The notes under the pieces were generated by a model. That model was not told where the DNA came from and ran no database searches. It saw nothing but the letters and a program-made list of their open reading frames with translations. DNA of 64,000 nt from the human T2T-CHM13v2.0 reference genome, Homo sapiens: the NCBI RefSeq assembly GCF_009914755.1, contig NC_060926.1. The stretch is one strand, 5' to 3'. Made by a program: the position numbers and the translations under genes. How positions within the stretch are numbered: position 1 is the stretch's first letter; each line of letters opens with the position of its first letter. Shown here piece by piece: positions 1 to 16,706 of this stretch.

Positions 1-200
1 TGGCAAATCCCTATCTGTACTAAAAATACAAAAATTAGCCGGGCGTGGTGGCGTGCGGTTGTAGTCCTAGCTACTTTGGGAGACTGAGGTGAGAGGATCA
101 CTTTAACTTGGGAAGTGGAGGTTGCAGTGAGCTGAGATCTCGCCATTGCACTTCAGCCTGGGGGACAGAGTGAGACTGTATCTCAAAAAAAAAAAAAAAA
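1..200 (+). mobile_element. Alu (partial, window edge)
   Basis: Linker, right arm and polyA. Confidence 0.92.
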
Positions 201-366
201 GAAATATATATATAATTACAACACAAAAGGTGGCAGTAGTTAAAGTAGCGAAGATCTTTGTGTTGTCTGGCAAAGTAGAGTACTAATTTATATTATACTG
301 TAACCAGTCAGGAATAGGAATGCATGTTGTAATTCTAGGGTAATCACTTAAAGAATTATAAAGATT

Positions 367-505
367 GACTGGATACGGTGGCTCACTCCTGTAATCCCAG
401 CACTTTCGGAGGTGGAGGTGGGAGGATCACTTGAGTCCCCAAGTTGAAGACCAGCCTGAACCACATAGTGAGACCCCTGTCTCTATATTTTTAATAAATA
501 AAATT
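367..505 (+). mobile_element. FLAM/Alu left monomer
   Basis: Single Alu arm. Confidence 0.8.
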
Positions 506-659
506 AAAGAAAAAATTATAAAGACTGTATAACTACCAAGCTAGTAGAGTGGAACAATGAAATAATAATAAAATGTAATTTTACCAAAGCAGGCAAGAAA
601 GGAGAAAAAAAAGGACAAAAGAGCAGGTGGGATAAGACAAAAAGAATAGTTAGCTGTAG

Positions 660-966
660 TTTTGCTGTTGTTGTTTGAGATAGGGTCTCACTGTGTCACC
701 CAGGCTGGAGTGTAGTGGCATGATCACGGTTCACTGTAGCCTCAACCTCCCAATGCTCAGGTGATCTTCCTGCCTCAGCACCCCCCGCCCCAAGTAGCTG
801 TAACTACAGGCATGCATCAACATGCCCAGCTAATTTTTGTATTTTTACTAGAGACGTGGTTTCACCATGTTGTCCAGGCTGTTCTCGAACTCCTGGGCCC
901 AAGCAATCCACCTGCCATGGCCTCCCAAAGTTTTAGGATTACGGATGTGAGCCATTGCACCCAGCC
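660..966 (-). mobile_element. Alu (J-like)
   Basis: Dimeric Alu, antisense. Confidence 0.9.
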
Positions 967-984
967 ATATGTAGATTTAAAACC

Positions 985-1480
<496 letters not shown>

Positions 1481-1510
1481 TCATAATAATATCTGTCAAA
1501 GTTTTGTGTG

Positions 1511-1814
1511 TTTTTTTTTTCTTTTTAGGTAACAAAGTCTCACTCTGTCTCCTAGGCTGCAGTGCAGTGGCCCAGTCATAGTTCTCTGCAGCCTTGAATT
1601 CCTGGGCTCAAGCCATCCTCCCGCCTCGGCCTCTTGAGTAGCTGGGACTACAGGTGTGCACCACCATGCTCGGCTAATTTTTTTTTATCTTTCATAGAGA
1701 CGGGGTCTTGCTGTGTTGCCCAGGCTGGTCTTCAACTCCTGGACTCAAGCTGATTTTCCCACCTTGGCCTCCCAAAGTGCTGGGAATACAGGCGTGAGCC
1801 ACTGCACCTGGCCC
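1511..1814 (-). mobile_element. Alu (J-like)
   Basis: Dimeric Alu, antisense. Confidence 0.9.
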
Positions 1815-1844
1815 AAAGTCGATGTTCTAAATGACTCTTCAAAA

Positions 1845-2750
1845 TTTTTTAAATAGACTTTATTTTTAGAGCAGTTTTAGGTTTATAGTAAAATAGAGTT
1901 GAAAGTGCAAAGATTTTCCACAGACTTCTTTTCTCCAGCAACCTCCACTATCAACATCCCACACCAGAGTGGTATATTTGTTGCAATTGTTGAACCTACA
2001 TTGACACATAATTATTATCCAAAGCCCATAGTTTACATGAGTTCACCCTTGGTGTTATACATTTTATGGGTCTGGACAAATGTATAATGACATGTATCTA
2101 CCATTATAGTATCTATCATACGGAATAGTTTCACTCTCCTATTCATCCCTCCCTTTCCCCTAATCCCTGGGATCCACTGATCTTTTTAGTGTCTCCATGG
2201 CTTTGTCTTTCCCAGCATGCCCTACAGTTGGAATTATATACTATGTTGCCTTTTCAGACTGGGTTCTTTCACTTAATAGTATACATTATAGTTTGCTCCA
2301 TGTCTCTTCATGGCTTGATAGCTAATTCCCTTTTTTTTTTTTTTTTTTTTTTTTCTGAGACAGGATCTCACTCCTGTTGCCCAGGCTAGAGCACAGTGGT
2401 GCAATCATAGCCCAGTGAAGCCTGGACTTCCTGGGCTCAGGTGATTCTCCCACCTCAGCCTCCTGAGTAGCTGGGACTTCAGGCATGTGCCACCATTCCT
2501 GGCGAATTTTTTGTATTTTTATTAGAGATGAGGTTTTGCCTTGTTCCTCAGGCTGGTCTCAAACTCCCGGGCTCAAACAATGTGCTTGCCTTGGCCTCCT
2601 AAAGTCCTAGGATTACAGGTGTGATCCACTGTGCCTGGCTCATTTCCTCTTAATGGTGGGTAATATTCCATTATTCGGATATACCATAGTTTATCTATTC
2701 ACCTACTAAAGTACATCTTGGTCTCTTCCAAGTCTGGGGAATTATTAATA
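1845..2750 (-). mobile_element. Old L1M 3'-end fragment interrupted by an Alu
   Basis: ttttttaaatagactttattttttagagcagttttagg start typical of L1MC-type 3' ends. Confidence 0.65.
2331..2640 (-). mobile_element. Alu (J-like)
   Basis: Dimeric Alu, antisense. Confidence 0.9.
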
Positions 2751-3118
2751 CAGCACACTGCTCTGGCAGCATCTTTAGGCACTCATTACCAAGCGTGATG
2801 TTCCAGAAGAGGATCGTGTACAAGGGAGCGATTACATGTTTAGTCTCATAACTCCCTCCAACTTGGCACAAGTCAGAACATTAAAAAAACTAGAGATGGG
2901 GTCTTACTGTGTTGCCCAGGTTGGTCTCAGACTCCTGAGCTCAAGCGATCCTCCTGCCTCCACTTCCCAAAGTGCTGGGATTACAGATGTGAGCCACCAT
3001 GCCTGGCCTTTAGAACATTTAAAAAATGTGTTTATGTTCATCTTCAGTGTCTCTTTTTAATTCACTCTAATTTTCTACAATGAACATACATTACCTGTGT
3101 ATTTTGAAGTTAAAAATG

Positions 3119-3501
<383 letters not shown>

Positions 3502-4177
3502 TCAAATGCATGCTCACCACTAGCAGAGCACTTACCATAAGGTATTTTATTCACCTACTTAAATACCTGCCTTCTTCTTAGGCTGTGATTTCCTTAGGGC
3601 AGGTGCTATGTCTTTCAAAATTGGGTACCTAAGGGCCTAAAGGGGGCCTCGGGCAGGAGCTTTGATCTTTTCATCTCCTTTAAGTTTTCTGACTTTGACA
3701 CCCAATTTGGTCAACAACCAAGCCCATAAGACCTATTCTCAGAGAACACAAAGAAAGCTTCTTCTCTTCAGTTAACTTACATGCCTTAATAAGCCCTGAA
3801 TACACAACACCATGAATATGAGAAAACCAGGGCTCCAAAGGGACTTGATTGGCACAGTCATCTCAGGAATGCTGTAGGTCAAGGCAGGTCTTCAGGCAGG
3901 TCTACTTAGGTAAGAGGTATATTTCTCTGAAATGAAATGTAAAGAGGGTTGGCAGGGATTAGGACTGGAACTAGACCTCAAGACTAGGAGGCAGGAAGGC
4001 TATGAAGGCATGAATGCTTCAGAAGACAGATGGATAGAGGCGGGACAGAGCATCACACAAGTGCTGAACTTACACAAATTCAACTAGATATGTTTGGCAG
4101 AGAGGAAGGGTGGATGAGGGGAAAAGCAAAAGTGGGAAGGGTGGAGAAATGAGATCTAAGAGAAATAACCATTTAAT

Positions 4178-5085
<908 letters not shown>

Positions 5086-5199
5086 CTACTTAACATTCCA
5101 CTCAGGGTTGCCTCTGATAAGCTTGAGAAGGAAGAATTAACATCAATTTTACCTTTAGTGTGGTGGGATTCAGCCTTGACTGCACTGGGATGAACAGGT

Positions 5200-5345
5200 G
5201 GGCTTTAAAAAAAAAATGCAGGTGCCTAGAACCCACTGTCAGAAATTCTGATATAATCAGTTAGTTAGAGGTATGGCCTGAGCACCAGGATTGTAAAGGC
5301 TTCCCAGGTAATTCTGATATGCAGCTAGAGTTGGGAATCTCTGCA
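5200..5345. mobile_element. MER5-like hAT DNA transposon fragment
   Basis: cccaggtaattctgatatgcagctagagttggga terminus typical of MER5. Confidence 0.6.
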
Positions 5346-5662
5346 GCTGGTCTTGGGTTCTAACTCACTGTTCCTAGTGTGACTTCATACTGTGCTGAGT
5401 GTGATTCTAGTGTTTAAAGATACATATTTGTCACTCAAAATGACCCCCAAACTTAAGCCTGTAACTTCATCTGGTGTTCATCTGAGGAAACAACAATCTG
5501 TTTCAACGTGGACCATGTTTGACTTATTAAGAGCTTATATATCTCTATACTGTTTTTGTGGTATTTGAGGGATTTTTCAAAGGTGATTTTTAAATCCATT
5601 TATTACTCCTTACTCCTTCCTCCTACCTCCATATAGATACTACTTTTATTAGAGTCTTGTGA

Positions 5663-5982
<320 letters not shown>

Positions 5983-6372
5983 CCCCAGAACGTCTTTATA
6001 CAAGTCCAGCTAATGAAAATATTTTTTATTTTTTCTGCCTCTTTGCACAAATATTAACATATTTTTGCACCTTTTTTTTTTAATGTAAGAATATTTAGGC
6101 ATCTTAGCACCCAGATTGTAAACATTAAATACCAGTTTTCACTTAAAGGAACCATGAATTCTTGGAGAAACTGCTCATTCCAGATTTGGATAGGAAATAC
6201 ACAAGATGATTCAGGAATAGCTTGTCTCCTAAGAAAGGAAGAAAGCTCTCAAAGACCGGTAGAATCATATGTAAAGATTTCAGGTTTCAAACTGTAGAGG
6301 CTCATCATGGGCAGCAACAGCATAACATGGACACTGACAGATTAAAAACCATCAATTATGTTTAGTTTTTAA

Positions 6373-6678
6373 TTTTTTGTTTGTTTGTTTTGAGACAGAG
6401 TCTCACTCTGCTGCCCAGGATGGAGTGCAATGGGGTGATCTTTGTTCACTGCAGCCTCTACCTCCTGGGTTCAGTTCAAGCGATACTCGTGCCTCAGCCT
6501 CCTGAGTAGATAGGACTATAGGCGCATGCCACCATGCTTGGCTAATTTTTGTATTTTTTGTAGAGACGAGGTTTCACCATGTTGCCCAGGTTGGTCTTGA
6601 ACTCCTGAGCTCAAGAGATCTGCTGGCATGGGCCTCCCAAAGTGCTGGGATTACAGGCGTGAGCCACTGCGTCCGGCA
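6373..6678 (-). mobile_element. Alu
   Basis: Dimeric Alu, antisense. Confidence 0.9.
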
Positions 6679-7251
6679 CTCATCAAATATGTCTAAGTCC
6701 TTAATTTCGTAATGATATTCAAAAATATGTCATCTTTGGAGGGGTCTAGAGGACATCATTAGTTTCAAAACTGGAAAATAAGAGGGTGAATCAAGCATTT
6801 CTATACAAACTATAGCACTGAGTCATCAAGTATTATGTGGTGAGTTTCTCTTTATAGAAATACTCCAGCTAATGAAGAAGGAATGACAGAATATCACTGC
6901 TCTGGACCCTCATGAATTAATGGACAAAGGGCTGAGCCAGTGGCATCGCAACAGAGAGGCAGCATGATGCAATAGACCTCTTGAAGTACACAACACCACT
7001 TATGAAGTCATCTTACTACCCCCCAAAAAGGAAAAACAGAGAACCCACGTTGGATTACATCTGTAGATACAACTACCAGTTCATGGGAAAGATAGAGAAC
7101 AGAGGAATATTTTAAACGACTGTACAAAAATGCGTAAACAAAATCCAGACTATGAGAAACAAATAATTACTAAGAGGAAAAAAGCAACGGAGAAGAATCC
7201 CATAGATTAAAAGAGATTTAAGAGATACTAACCTGTTGCAGTGTATGCAAC

Positions 7252-7729
7252 TGTGAAGAAAAAAAGTTGACACAGCAGGCCTGAGACTGCTATTCTTGGA
7301 AAGGTCCCCTTGTAAGGTTAGCCATTGGCTGGCATATGGAAACTTGGAGTTCATGAAGTTTCCTACCAACCCCTACATGATAAGAGTGGCTCATTGTGCC
7401 TAAACCGTTGTGCAATATGGTTTATGGTGAATACCTGCTTTCCTTCTGGACACTAAATCATTAACGAGATTCCCTGGTAGACAATACTTCACACGCTTGT
7501 CATGATTTGATGCTAAAGGAATTAAGTGAATCTACTGTGACTCCTCTGGGAGAGGACTCTTGGAAGCTTAAGTCTGGCTTACTCTGGGCTTTACCCCATG
7601 CACCTTTTCTCTTTGCTGATTTTGTTTTGTATCCTTTCCTTGTAATAAATCATAGTCATGAATATAGGTCCTGTGAGTGCTTTTAATGACCACCTGAAAC
7701 TAGGGGTGATCTTGGGGACCCTGGACACA
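7252..7729 (+). mobile_element. Solo ERV LTR
   Basis: TGT...ACA ends, internal AATAAA, near-TSD GCAAC/GCACC. Confidence 0.7.
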
Positions 7730-7896
7730 GCACCTTAGTTGGAATTTGAGTCAAACAAATGAAATCATGGAAATTTGAACTCAATATTAATGATACCAAG
7801 GAATTGTAATTAATTTTCAAGTGTGATAATAGTATTATGATTATGTTTAAGAGATATGTATATTGAAATTATTGTGGGTAAAATAATATGGCTGAG

Positions 7897-8210
7897 GGGC
7901 CAGGTGTTGTGGCTTATGCCTGTAATCCCAGTACTTTGGGAGGCCAAGATGGGCATATTGCTTGAGATCAGGAATTTGAGAACAGCCTTGGAAACATGGC
8001 AAAACACTGTCTCTACAAAAAATACAAAAATTAGCCAAGCATGGTGGCCTGTGCCTGTGGTCCCAACTACTTGGGAGGCTGAGTTGGGAGGATCAGTAAA
8101 GTCCAGGTGGCCAAGGCTGCAGTGAGTCATAACTGCACCACTGCCCTCCAGCCTAGGCAACAGAATGAGACTCTCTCTCTCTCTCTCTCAAAAAAAAAAA
8201 AAGAAAAAAT
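7897..8210 (+). mobile_element. Alu (J-like)
   Basis: Dimeric Alu. Confidence 0.88.
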
Positions 8211-9044
8211 ATATATATATATTTGCATCATATATATCAAAACACATCATCTATATTACATATAGATGATGTTAGAGGTTTGCTTCAAAATAATCTGAAG
8301 AGAAGGGTTGGATGTGGGTAAGGGTATAGATGGAAAAAGATTGGCCATGAGTTAATGGCAGTTGAAGCTGGGAGGTGTGTCTATGGGGCTTCATTGTGCT
8401 ATTTTGGGTTCTTTTGTACATGTTTGGAATTTTCCACAATAAAAAATTTTAAAAAGATAATGTATCTTGGAAATCTTTCAGTTCCAGCTCACAGAAAGCC
8501 TCCTCATTTTTTTCACTGCCGTAGAGCATTCCATTGCATAGGGTGGTTTCAGTCCTTCAGTCCTATGTAGGTTTGCCTTAGTTCTGTCTTTAGAATCTTA
8601 CTCTCATTTCACGTGCGACTCCAGTTGGAACTGATTTTCAGCTGAGCTCCTGGAGGCTTGGCCTAAATTGCTAAAATAAACATTAATCTAAAAGGCCTAT
8701 AGTGTCAGCCATTCCTGACCAGGTAGAAAATATGGTGATTCCTAGATGGCATCCTACTTGAGGCAAAATGAGCTGGGACAAGCTGTGGTGTAGAGGGAGA
8801 TTGTTGTTGTCACAAGAGACCCGAGAGAGTCAGAGCCGTCCAGAAGCATTGGTCTGGAGTGGACTGAATGTGAATGTGAGTCAGCAGCACTATCCTGCCA
8901 GGGGCTCCAGGCCTTTGAGAAACTGGAGGAGGTGAATTGCCCAGCCGGGGGACAACAAGGCTGTCTTTCCATGGTGTTCTGATTCTGTGGCTGGTCATAC
9001 TTTGTTCTATCTTAGGATAATTGTCCCTAAGGCTTTGAGGAATA

Positions 9045-9491
9045 TGTCAGTTCAGACTCTTCTGTGGCAAGCCACAGAAACCAACTCTAACCATTTTAAA
9101 GAAAAATTTTAGGGATATATTGTTGTTGGAAGGATATGGGATAGCTCACAAAATTAAAGAAAAAGCTAAACAACCAAGCCTCCAAAAGTACAAGAACCAG
9201 AGCAGCTTTGGAATATAGGAAGATAAATCTCTCAAGAGTGAATCACCTCAATTTTCTTTCCTGGGGCTACACTATCAAAGTTTACATTCCCTGGAGAGAT
9301 GGACTGTTGACCTAGCTTGGATTGTGAGTCTATTTCTAGCTAGCGGAGGGCAGGGCCCTTGGTCAATAGTCCCCTCATGACTACACAGAGTGGGTGGGGA
9401 GGGGAGTGTTCCTAAGGGAAATTGGGGTTCCTTTATCAGCTAAATTGGGAGATGGATGCTAGGCAGAAAGAAACAACAGATGTCTACTACT
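9045..9491 (-). mobile_element. Old MLT1 (MaLR) LTR
   Basis: tgtcagtt...gcaagccacagaaaccaactc start and cagatgtctactac end. Confidence 0.55.
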
Positions 9492-12030
9492 GAGAAGAGG
9501 AAGAATTCTGGGGCGGGGCCTTAGCATGGGCAGTTATGGAGCTGGGGTTCCAGAAAGACTAGGTGGGCCTTGGAGGGTAACCTGGGCCCTTGACTTTTTT
9601 TGGTTGGTGAAGCCTGAGAAGCAAAGGCTACATTAGAGAAATAGAGGACATTTGACTGGCCAGCTTTTTCTGTTCAACAGAGATAAAACTCCTCAGACAT
9701 TAAAAAATATACTTGAAACTAATAAGACAGAACAACATGAAAGGTTTCTGGACAGGAGGATGTGCAGTAACTCACAATACCTCAAGGCAAGAGAAGAGCT
9801 CTGCTACCTGCTCCTGCCAAAGAAGGTTCCATACCTTGGCCTAGTTACAAAGGACTATGTTTTTTGCTTTGTTTTGTTTTTTTGTCCTTCCCATTTCACC
9901 TGCACCACCAACTCACTATTTCAGAGGCTCGTGTTGCCCATTGATAATTATTGCATTGTGATGCTGAATTGTGAAAATATAGCATAGTACCACTTCTGAT
10001 CATAAAACCAGATATATTAGAGAAACATTCGGTGAATGTTAAGGAAGTTACTAAATATTGGAGTAATTTATCCAGAAAGCCACAGAATTTTCTTCTTGGA
10101 TATCTTTAAATACACAATAAAATAAATTCTAGCTAAATAGCAAATTCAAGATGACTTTTCTGGGTGCCTCCTGTATATTTTTATAATATATACAGGAAAA
10201 TATACTTATATTTTATTATATTTTTATTTATTTTATATATATTATATGAAATATAATATATTATATTTTCCTAAGGTCCTTTATTCTCTTAAGAGCCAAA
10301 ATGTAAAAATAGAAAGTATAATGTGCCTTTCATTTATAATTTTGATGCCACTTTGGGCACTTTGCATAATTTCTTGTTTTTGCATTCTGAAGCTTGGTTG
10401 CCAAGATCTGGAGAATGGATGGCTGTTATTATTAGTCATCAGTTTTCAGAAAGATCGAAAATCTTTGGCAGAGTGGTTATGAGAAGGCAAGGAGACAGCA
10501 TTTTAAAATTCCAATCTTGCTTTATTTGCAATCATCCTGAGTCACTGTGGCAAGATCTTGGCTTTTTTAGAAAGCTCAACTTCTTTATCCGTTTCCTCCT
10601 TATCTCTTCTCTTCCTATGACATCTACATTTATTTTAATAAGGTCAGAGCACTAATGTTATCAAGAACATGTGTTTAATCCTTAGCTTTGAATGTTTATA
10701 GGAACGTTTAACCCCCCTTCACCAGTCTACAGTTACAGAATTTCCATTTAGTGAATCAAAAAGTAATGCAGTTGGTAAAAATAGTTTAAATCAATGCTGA
10801 TATAGAGCTAGAAAAATTATTCAAAGTGGATATGTTATTGCTTATGAGCCAGTCGTGTCATGTTCATGAGTATAACAGAAGGAATACAGGGCTGGGAATC
10901 AGAAAATGGAGAAGTTGAGAGATAATCTTGACAGTCCTTTCTGACACAAAGGTCACATGGCTCTACATTTCCACCTATTTGCATTCCTAAGACCTGCATA
11001 TCCATTCTTTGTTGGCAGCATGGTGACTGGTTAATACTGCCAATTCTAAAGCCCAGTAAGTCAGGGGTGCACCCTGCCAGGGTATGGCCCACATTCCATT
11101 CAGGAAGATAAGGGACTTGATGATTTGGGAGTTCCAGGCTTTCTGAGTCACTGCTGTGTCCTCAGTCCTTATGCACCATCTGGCATATGGTAGGTACTCC
11201 TGAAATATTTGACAATATAAATGACAAATGAAGAAATGAATGACTGGAACGAAGAGTTTTTGCCTGGACTTGTTCTGGAATTGAGAATATGGGGCCTCCA
11301 CTCTTCTCCTAGTGCTGAGCTAAAGGATTTCCAGGAAAAAAAGGAGTTCAGTAAAGGCCAGTACTATCCCACGCTTTAATGCCTTCCTCTACCAACCACA
11401 TTCTGAGTGAGACGATCAATAAAGGGCCCAGCTGCAGTGGATGGTGGTCGGCTTGCTAAGTTTGCCCCTTATGTCTATCTACAGGAACAAGGGCTTCCCC
11501 TCTTGCTGCTGTACTTTAGGTAAGATGTTTATATTCTATCCTTTCCCAGCCGTCTGCAGCTTCCTGAAATCCTTCTTTCACTTTGAAAGCAGCTTCCTTG
11601 CAGCTCCTGAATCCCAAAAGCAGGAAACGTGTGCTTATAATAAGCTCTTCTTGATTGGCTTGGAAATTGTGTTTTCAGTAGAGTGACAGTAACCTGACCC
11701 TTGAGAGAGGCCAGTAGTGACTCTGATGTGTTTTTCTGAAATGCCTAAGGCAGCTGTGGCTGTGGCCTGCTGCTCATGGGTGGGGTTCAGAGGATCAGAT
11801 GACTTTATTTACCAGTTTATTCCGGGAGAACTGGCAGAAGCTGGAAAAGTGAGGTCAGAGAGAGGCTGTAAAGTGGAGCCTCCCCCACCTTCTTCCCTTT
11901 CTACCTCTCTCTTTGGGGTTGGGGGTAGGGAGAACTGCCATTTGATAGGAAAAATTCTTTGTTCCGAAAAGAAGGCAGAAAGAAAGGCAGTTTCTATACA
12001 CAGTTCTGGCCTCCCACATTCCTCAGAATT

Positions 12031-12380
<350 letters not shown>

Positions 12381-12561
12381 TGAGCTGTGGAGCTATAAGC
12401 AGCTCAGCAAGGAAGACAGACATAAATCCCAACTAAGACTCTTTGAGGATGGGAGAATAGAAGAATCTTCTCTCTGAAATGAAACTTTTGAAGCACAGCA
12501 ACACACTGGCATGCCAGATGTGAGTGATGGAGGAGAACTGGACCTGGAGGAGGGTCTCCTC

Positions 12562-12993
12562 TGGAATTAGGGTTCTCCAGATAAATGGAACAGAATGTGC
12601 ATGTATGTGTGTATGCAGGTGGGGGAGGGTGTGTGTGTCAGAGAGAAGGATAGGTTTTAAGGGATTGTCACACATAATTGTTGGGGCTGGTAAGACTGAA
12701 ATCTGGAGGGCAGGCTGGAAATTTAAGGAATGGTTGATGTTGCAGTGTCAAGTCCAAAGGCAGTGTGGAGGCAGAATTCCATCTTCCTAGGGGGGGCCTC
12801 AGTGTTTTCCCTTAAGGCCTTCAACTGATTAGATGAGGCCCACCCCGTAATGGAGGGTAATCTCATTTACTCAACCTCTAATGTTAATCTCATCTAAAAT
12901 ATATGTACCTTCACAGTAACACATAGACTGGTGCTTGACAAAAAGCTGGGTACAGTGGCCTAGCTGAGTGGACATATAAAATTAACCCTCATA
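12562..12993 (-). mobile_element. MLT2 (ERVL) solo LTR
   Basis: agggttctccag start and gacatataaaattaaccctcata end match MLT2 termini. Confidence 0.8.
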
Positions 12994-13968
12994 CCTCCTC
13001 AGATGTACTGTAGAGTTGGACCCAATCTGCCAGGCTCCGGGTCACTCAGAGTGACTTTCTTCTCAGGCTGCTTGCCCTTCTCTGTCATCTGACTTCCGTG
13101 GAGGTAAGGCCCTAACTAAACACTTAACTCAGGCACAGCCAAGGTGGTATGTAAAGTAGACCAACCTTAGTTGTCATGACATTTTGTAGTTTTGTCTCTA
13201 AAGTCCTTGTTTCCAAAGTGTTTCTTCATGCTTGAAACAATACAAGTTTTAATTCTTAAAATCTCAATAGAAAGCCAACATGGAACTGGAGAATAAGTTA
13301 CTGGCTGCCAGTCAATAGCACAGAGGCAACCGCACCGTCTAATCACTCCAGACTCTAACGAGTGAATGAAAAGACTCATGGAAGGTTTGGGGATGTCAAT
13401 GTATGCTGGGAAAGGCAGGTGGGACAAAAGGCGAGGGGCAACCTGTATCAAACTCTGGGTCCATATAGGGGCACAGAATATTTTCACCATAGTGATTTGG
13501 TTAGACCTACCTTTAGGCTCTCAACCTCAGGTTCATAAAGACTGTCATTTGGTATCTCATAATTTGATCTACCAAATATTCTCCAAATTTTATTTCTTTC
13601 TCCTCTTCCCATTCTGAAATCCTAACCTTTCCAGGCCCCTGTCACTAAACGGTGCTTGGTGACTGACGCCCAAACTAATTTTGATACTACTTGTTCACTT
13701 TACAAGATAAACTAGCTCAGGCATCTTAGTCCATTGTGAAATGTTAACCTTTCTAATTCTGCCTATTAAACACTGTATAAAGAAGATTAGAGCAGTGAGC
13801 CACCTAATTCTACTGTCTGATCAAAAATGACCTCATTATGAACTGTGGAAGGCCATGGTGATGTAAATGCCAGAGAGGTGGAGGGGACATGTCTGTACAC
13901 TTTGGGAAATGGACAATATTTGTCACCTATGTAGCTGCACCTTTCAGTCTTTGTAGATGCAATCTTAC

Positions 13969-14667
<699 letters not shown>

Positions 14668-15021
14668 CTTTTGTGGCATTTAAATGGACATATGTAATGT
14701 GCTAGGTGTTGTGTTAAATATACAAGGAGGAGCCTTTAAGAAAAGGGTGTAGTCTTGTTTGCAACTCCTTCGTCTTGGAATTTATTTTTCATGGCAATTT
14801 GGAAATTTTAGTTTTCAGCACCTTTCTGATTTCCGTGGTCTCTTAAACTAAATAGAAAATTCTGCGAAGAGTAACATAACTCTGTGATTGCTTGAGACCC
14901 TTAGCAGGCTGACAGGGTCCTGGCATTCAAACTCCATGAGACAGTGAAGTGCAAGCACGGTGAACACTCAGCACCGAGGTTAGTGTGCAAAGCCCAAAGC
15001 AAGGGTTTCTGTTTTCTTAGG

Positions 15022-15345
15022 CTAGTAGTTCTCTAACTTTGAGCATATCATATTTTAAAAAGCTGATGCTCAGACTACCCCAGACCAATAAAATTAGATG
15101 CTCTGAAGATGGGAAACAGGCATTGGTAGTTTTTAAACTTTCCCCAGTGATTCCAATGTGAAGTCAAGTTTGAGAACCAAACTGTTACTTCTCAAGCTTT
15201 AATATCATAAAAATCACCTGAAGATCTTACTAAAATGCAGATTCTAATGAAGTAGGGATGGGGCCCGGGTGTCTGCATTTCTAAAAGCTCCCAAGAGGTG
15301 TTTAATTTACTAGTCCACAGATCACACTGGATTAGCAAAGTCCCA
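15022..15345. mobile_element. MER5-like DNA transposon fragments
   Basis: tagtttctctaacttt...tttgagaaccaa and aatcacctgaag...atgcagattct motifs. Confidence 0.55.
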
Positions 15346-15401
15346 GAAAATCTGGGTAGGATTCCAAGACCTCCAATCAGGGGTAAAGTCAAGATGAAGG
15401 G

Positions 15402-16253
15402 TGTCTACATGCAGGAGATTCTGTGCTTTTGCTCCCCGACTTCTGTTTCAGCCTCTTCCTGTGTGCTTTCCTGTATTGCAGAGGCAAGGAGCCTAAAAAC
15501 ATTTCCCCTTGCATGTAGGGCTCTGAATCTCATTCTCATTCCACTAATCCTAAGCACGTATGTGACATTTGAATTCAGAACTGAGTTAAGTGGGAAAGGC
15601 GGCAAAATTAGAAGTGCTAGCACTGGCTGGAATGGGAGGAGGGCTGTGTGACAGCCCCCCAGTGGAGCAGAGCCCCTGGCCACCTATTTGATTAATTCAA
15701 ATTTGGGAGTTGTTTCTGAATGCTCCATCTAGACTCTATGTCTTTAAACCTTCCAACAATGCTGTAAGCTTTTAAATACCCTGAATTAAATACTTTCTGC
15801 ATAAGCTAGTGATACGGTTTGGATGTTTCCTCCAAATCTCATGTCGAAATGTAATCTCCCAGTGTTGGAGGTGGGCCTAGTGGGAGTTGTTTGGGTCATG
15901 TGGATGGATCCCTCATCCCTTTAGTGATGAGTGAGCTCTCATTCTATTAGTTCACATGAGAGCTAGTTGTTTAAAAGAGGCTGGCACCTCCCTGCTCTCT
16001 TGCTCCCTCTTGCCATGTGATGTGCTGGCTCCCCTTTTGTTTTCCACCATGATTGTAAGCTTCCTGAGGCCTCAGCAGAAGCTGAGTAGATGCTGGCACC
16101 ATGCTCGTATGGCCTGCAGAACCGTGAGTCAAATAAACTTCTTTTCTTTATAAATTACCCAGTCTCGAATATTCATTTATACAGCTAGTTAATACAGGAC
16201 TAATATAGCTAGTTAGAGTGGATTCTGTTTTCTGAAGCTTCTTGACCAATACA
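15402..16253 (+). mobile_element. Old ERVL LTR (LTR33/41-like) hosting an MST LTR
   Basis: cctgtattgcagaggc...aaaacatttcccc motif; resumes after the MST and ends gaccaataca. Confidence 0.5.
15810..16207 (+). mobile_element. MST (MaLR) solo LTR
   Basis: tgatacggtttgg...ggactaatata with perfect 5-bp TSD GCTAG. Confidence 0.88.
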
Positions 16254-16354
16254 CCAGGTGTCATAACAAGAGATAGCAAACCAGTAACATTGAATAAGTC
16301 AAAAGTAACATCTGGAATAAAGGTAAAACTGAGGTCAAAATAGAAGTAGCTTAC

Positions 16355-16401
16355 AAGGAGAAAAGTAGCAGAGGAATTCTTATGGACATGCATGACAATA
16401 T
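16355..16401 (-). pseudogene. Putative decayed-gene exon ((D)IVMHVHKNSSATFLL)
   Basis: ccctag| ... CTT|gtaagc; 47 nt, open, phase 1/0, bridging both neighbours. Confidence 0.6.
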
Positions 16402-16408
16402 CTAGGGG

Positions 16409-16706
16409 TTGTTTGTTTGTTTGTTTGTTTTCAGATGGAGTTTCACTCTTGTTGACCAGGTTGGAGTGCAATGGCACGATCTCAGCTCACCGCAAACCAC
16501 CTGCTGGGTTCAAGTGATTCTCCTGCCTCAGCCTCCTGAGTAGCTAGGATTACAGGCATGTGCCACCATGCTCGGCTAATTTTGTATTTTTAGTAGAGAT
16601 GGGGTTTCTCCATGTTGGTCAAGCTGGTCTCGAACTCCTGACCTCAGGTGATCTGCCCGGCTTGGCCTCCCAAAGTGCTGGGATTACAGGTGTGAGCCAC
16701 TGCGGC
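16409..16706 (-). mobile_element. Alu (S-like)
   Basis: Dimeric Alu with (GTTT)n tail on the + strand. Confidence 0.9.

Larger units (their letters stand above)
6080..8460 (+). mobile_element. Old L1MC-like 3' region split by two Alus and an LTR
   Basis: L1MC-type 3' UTR phrases ending in tttccacaataaaaaattttaaaa. Confidence 0.5.
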
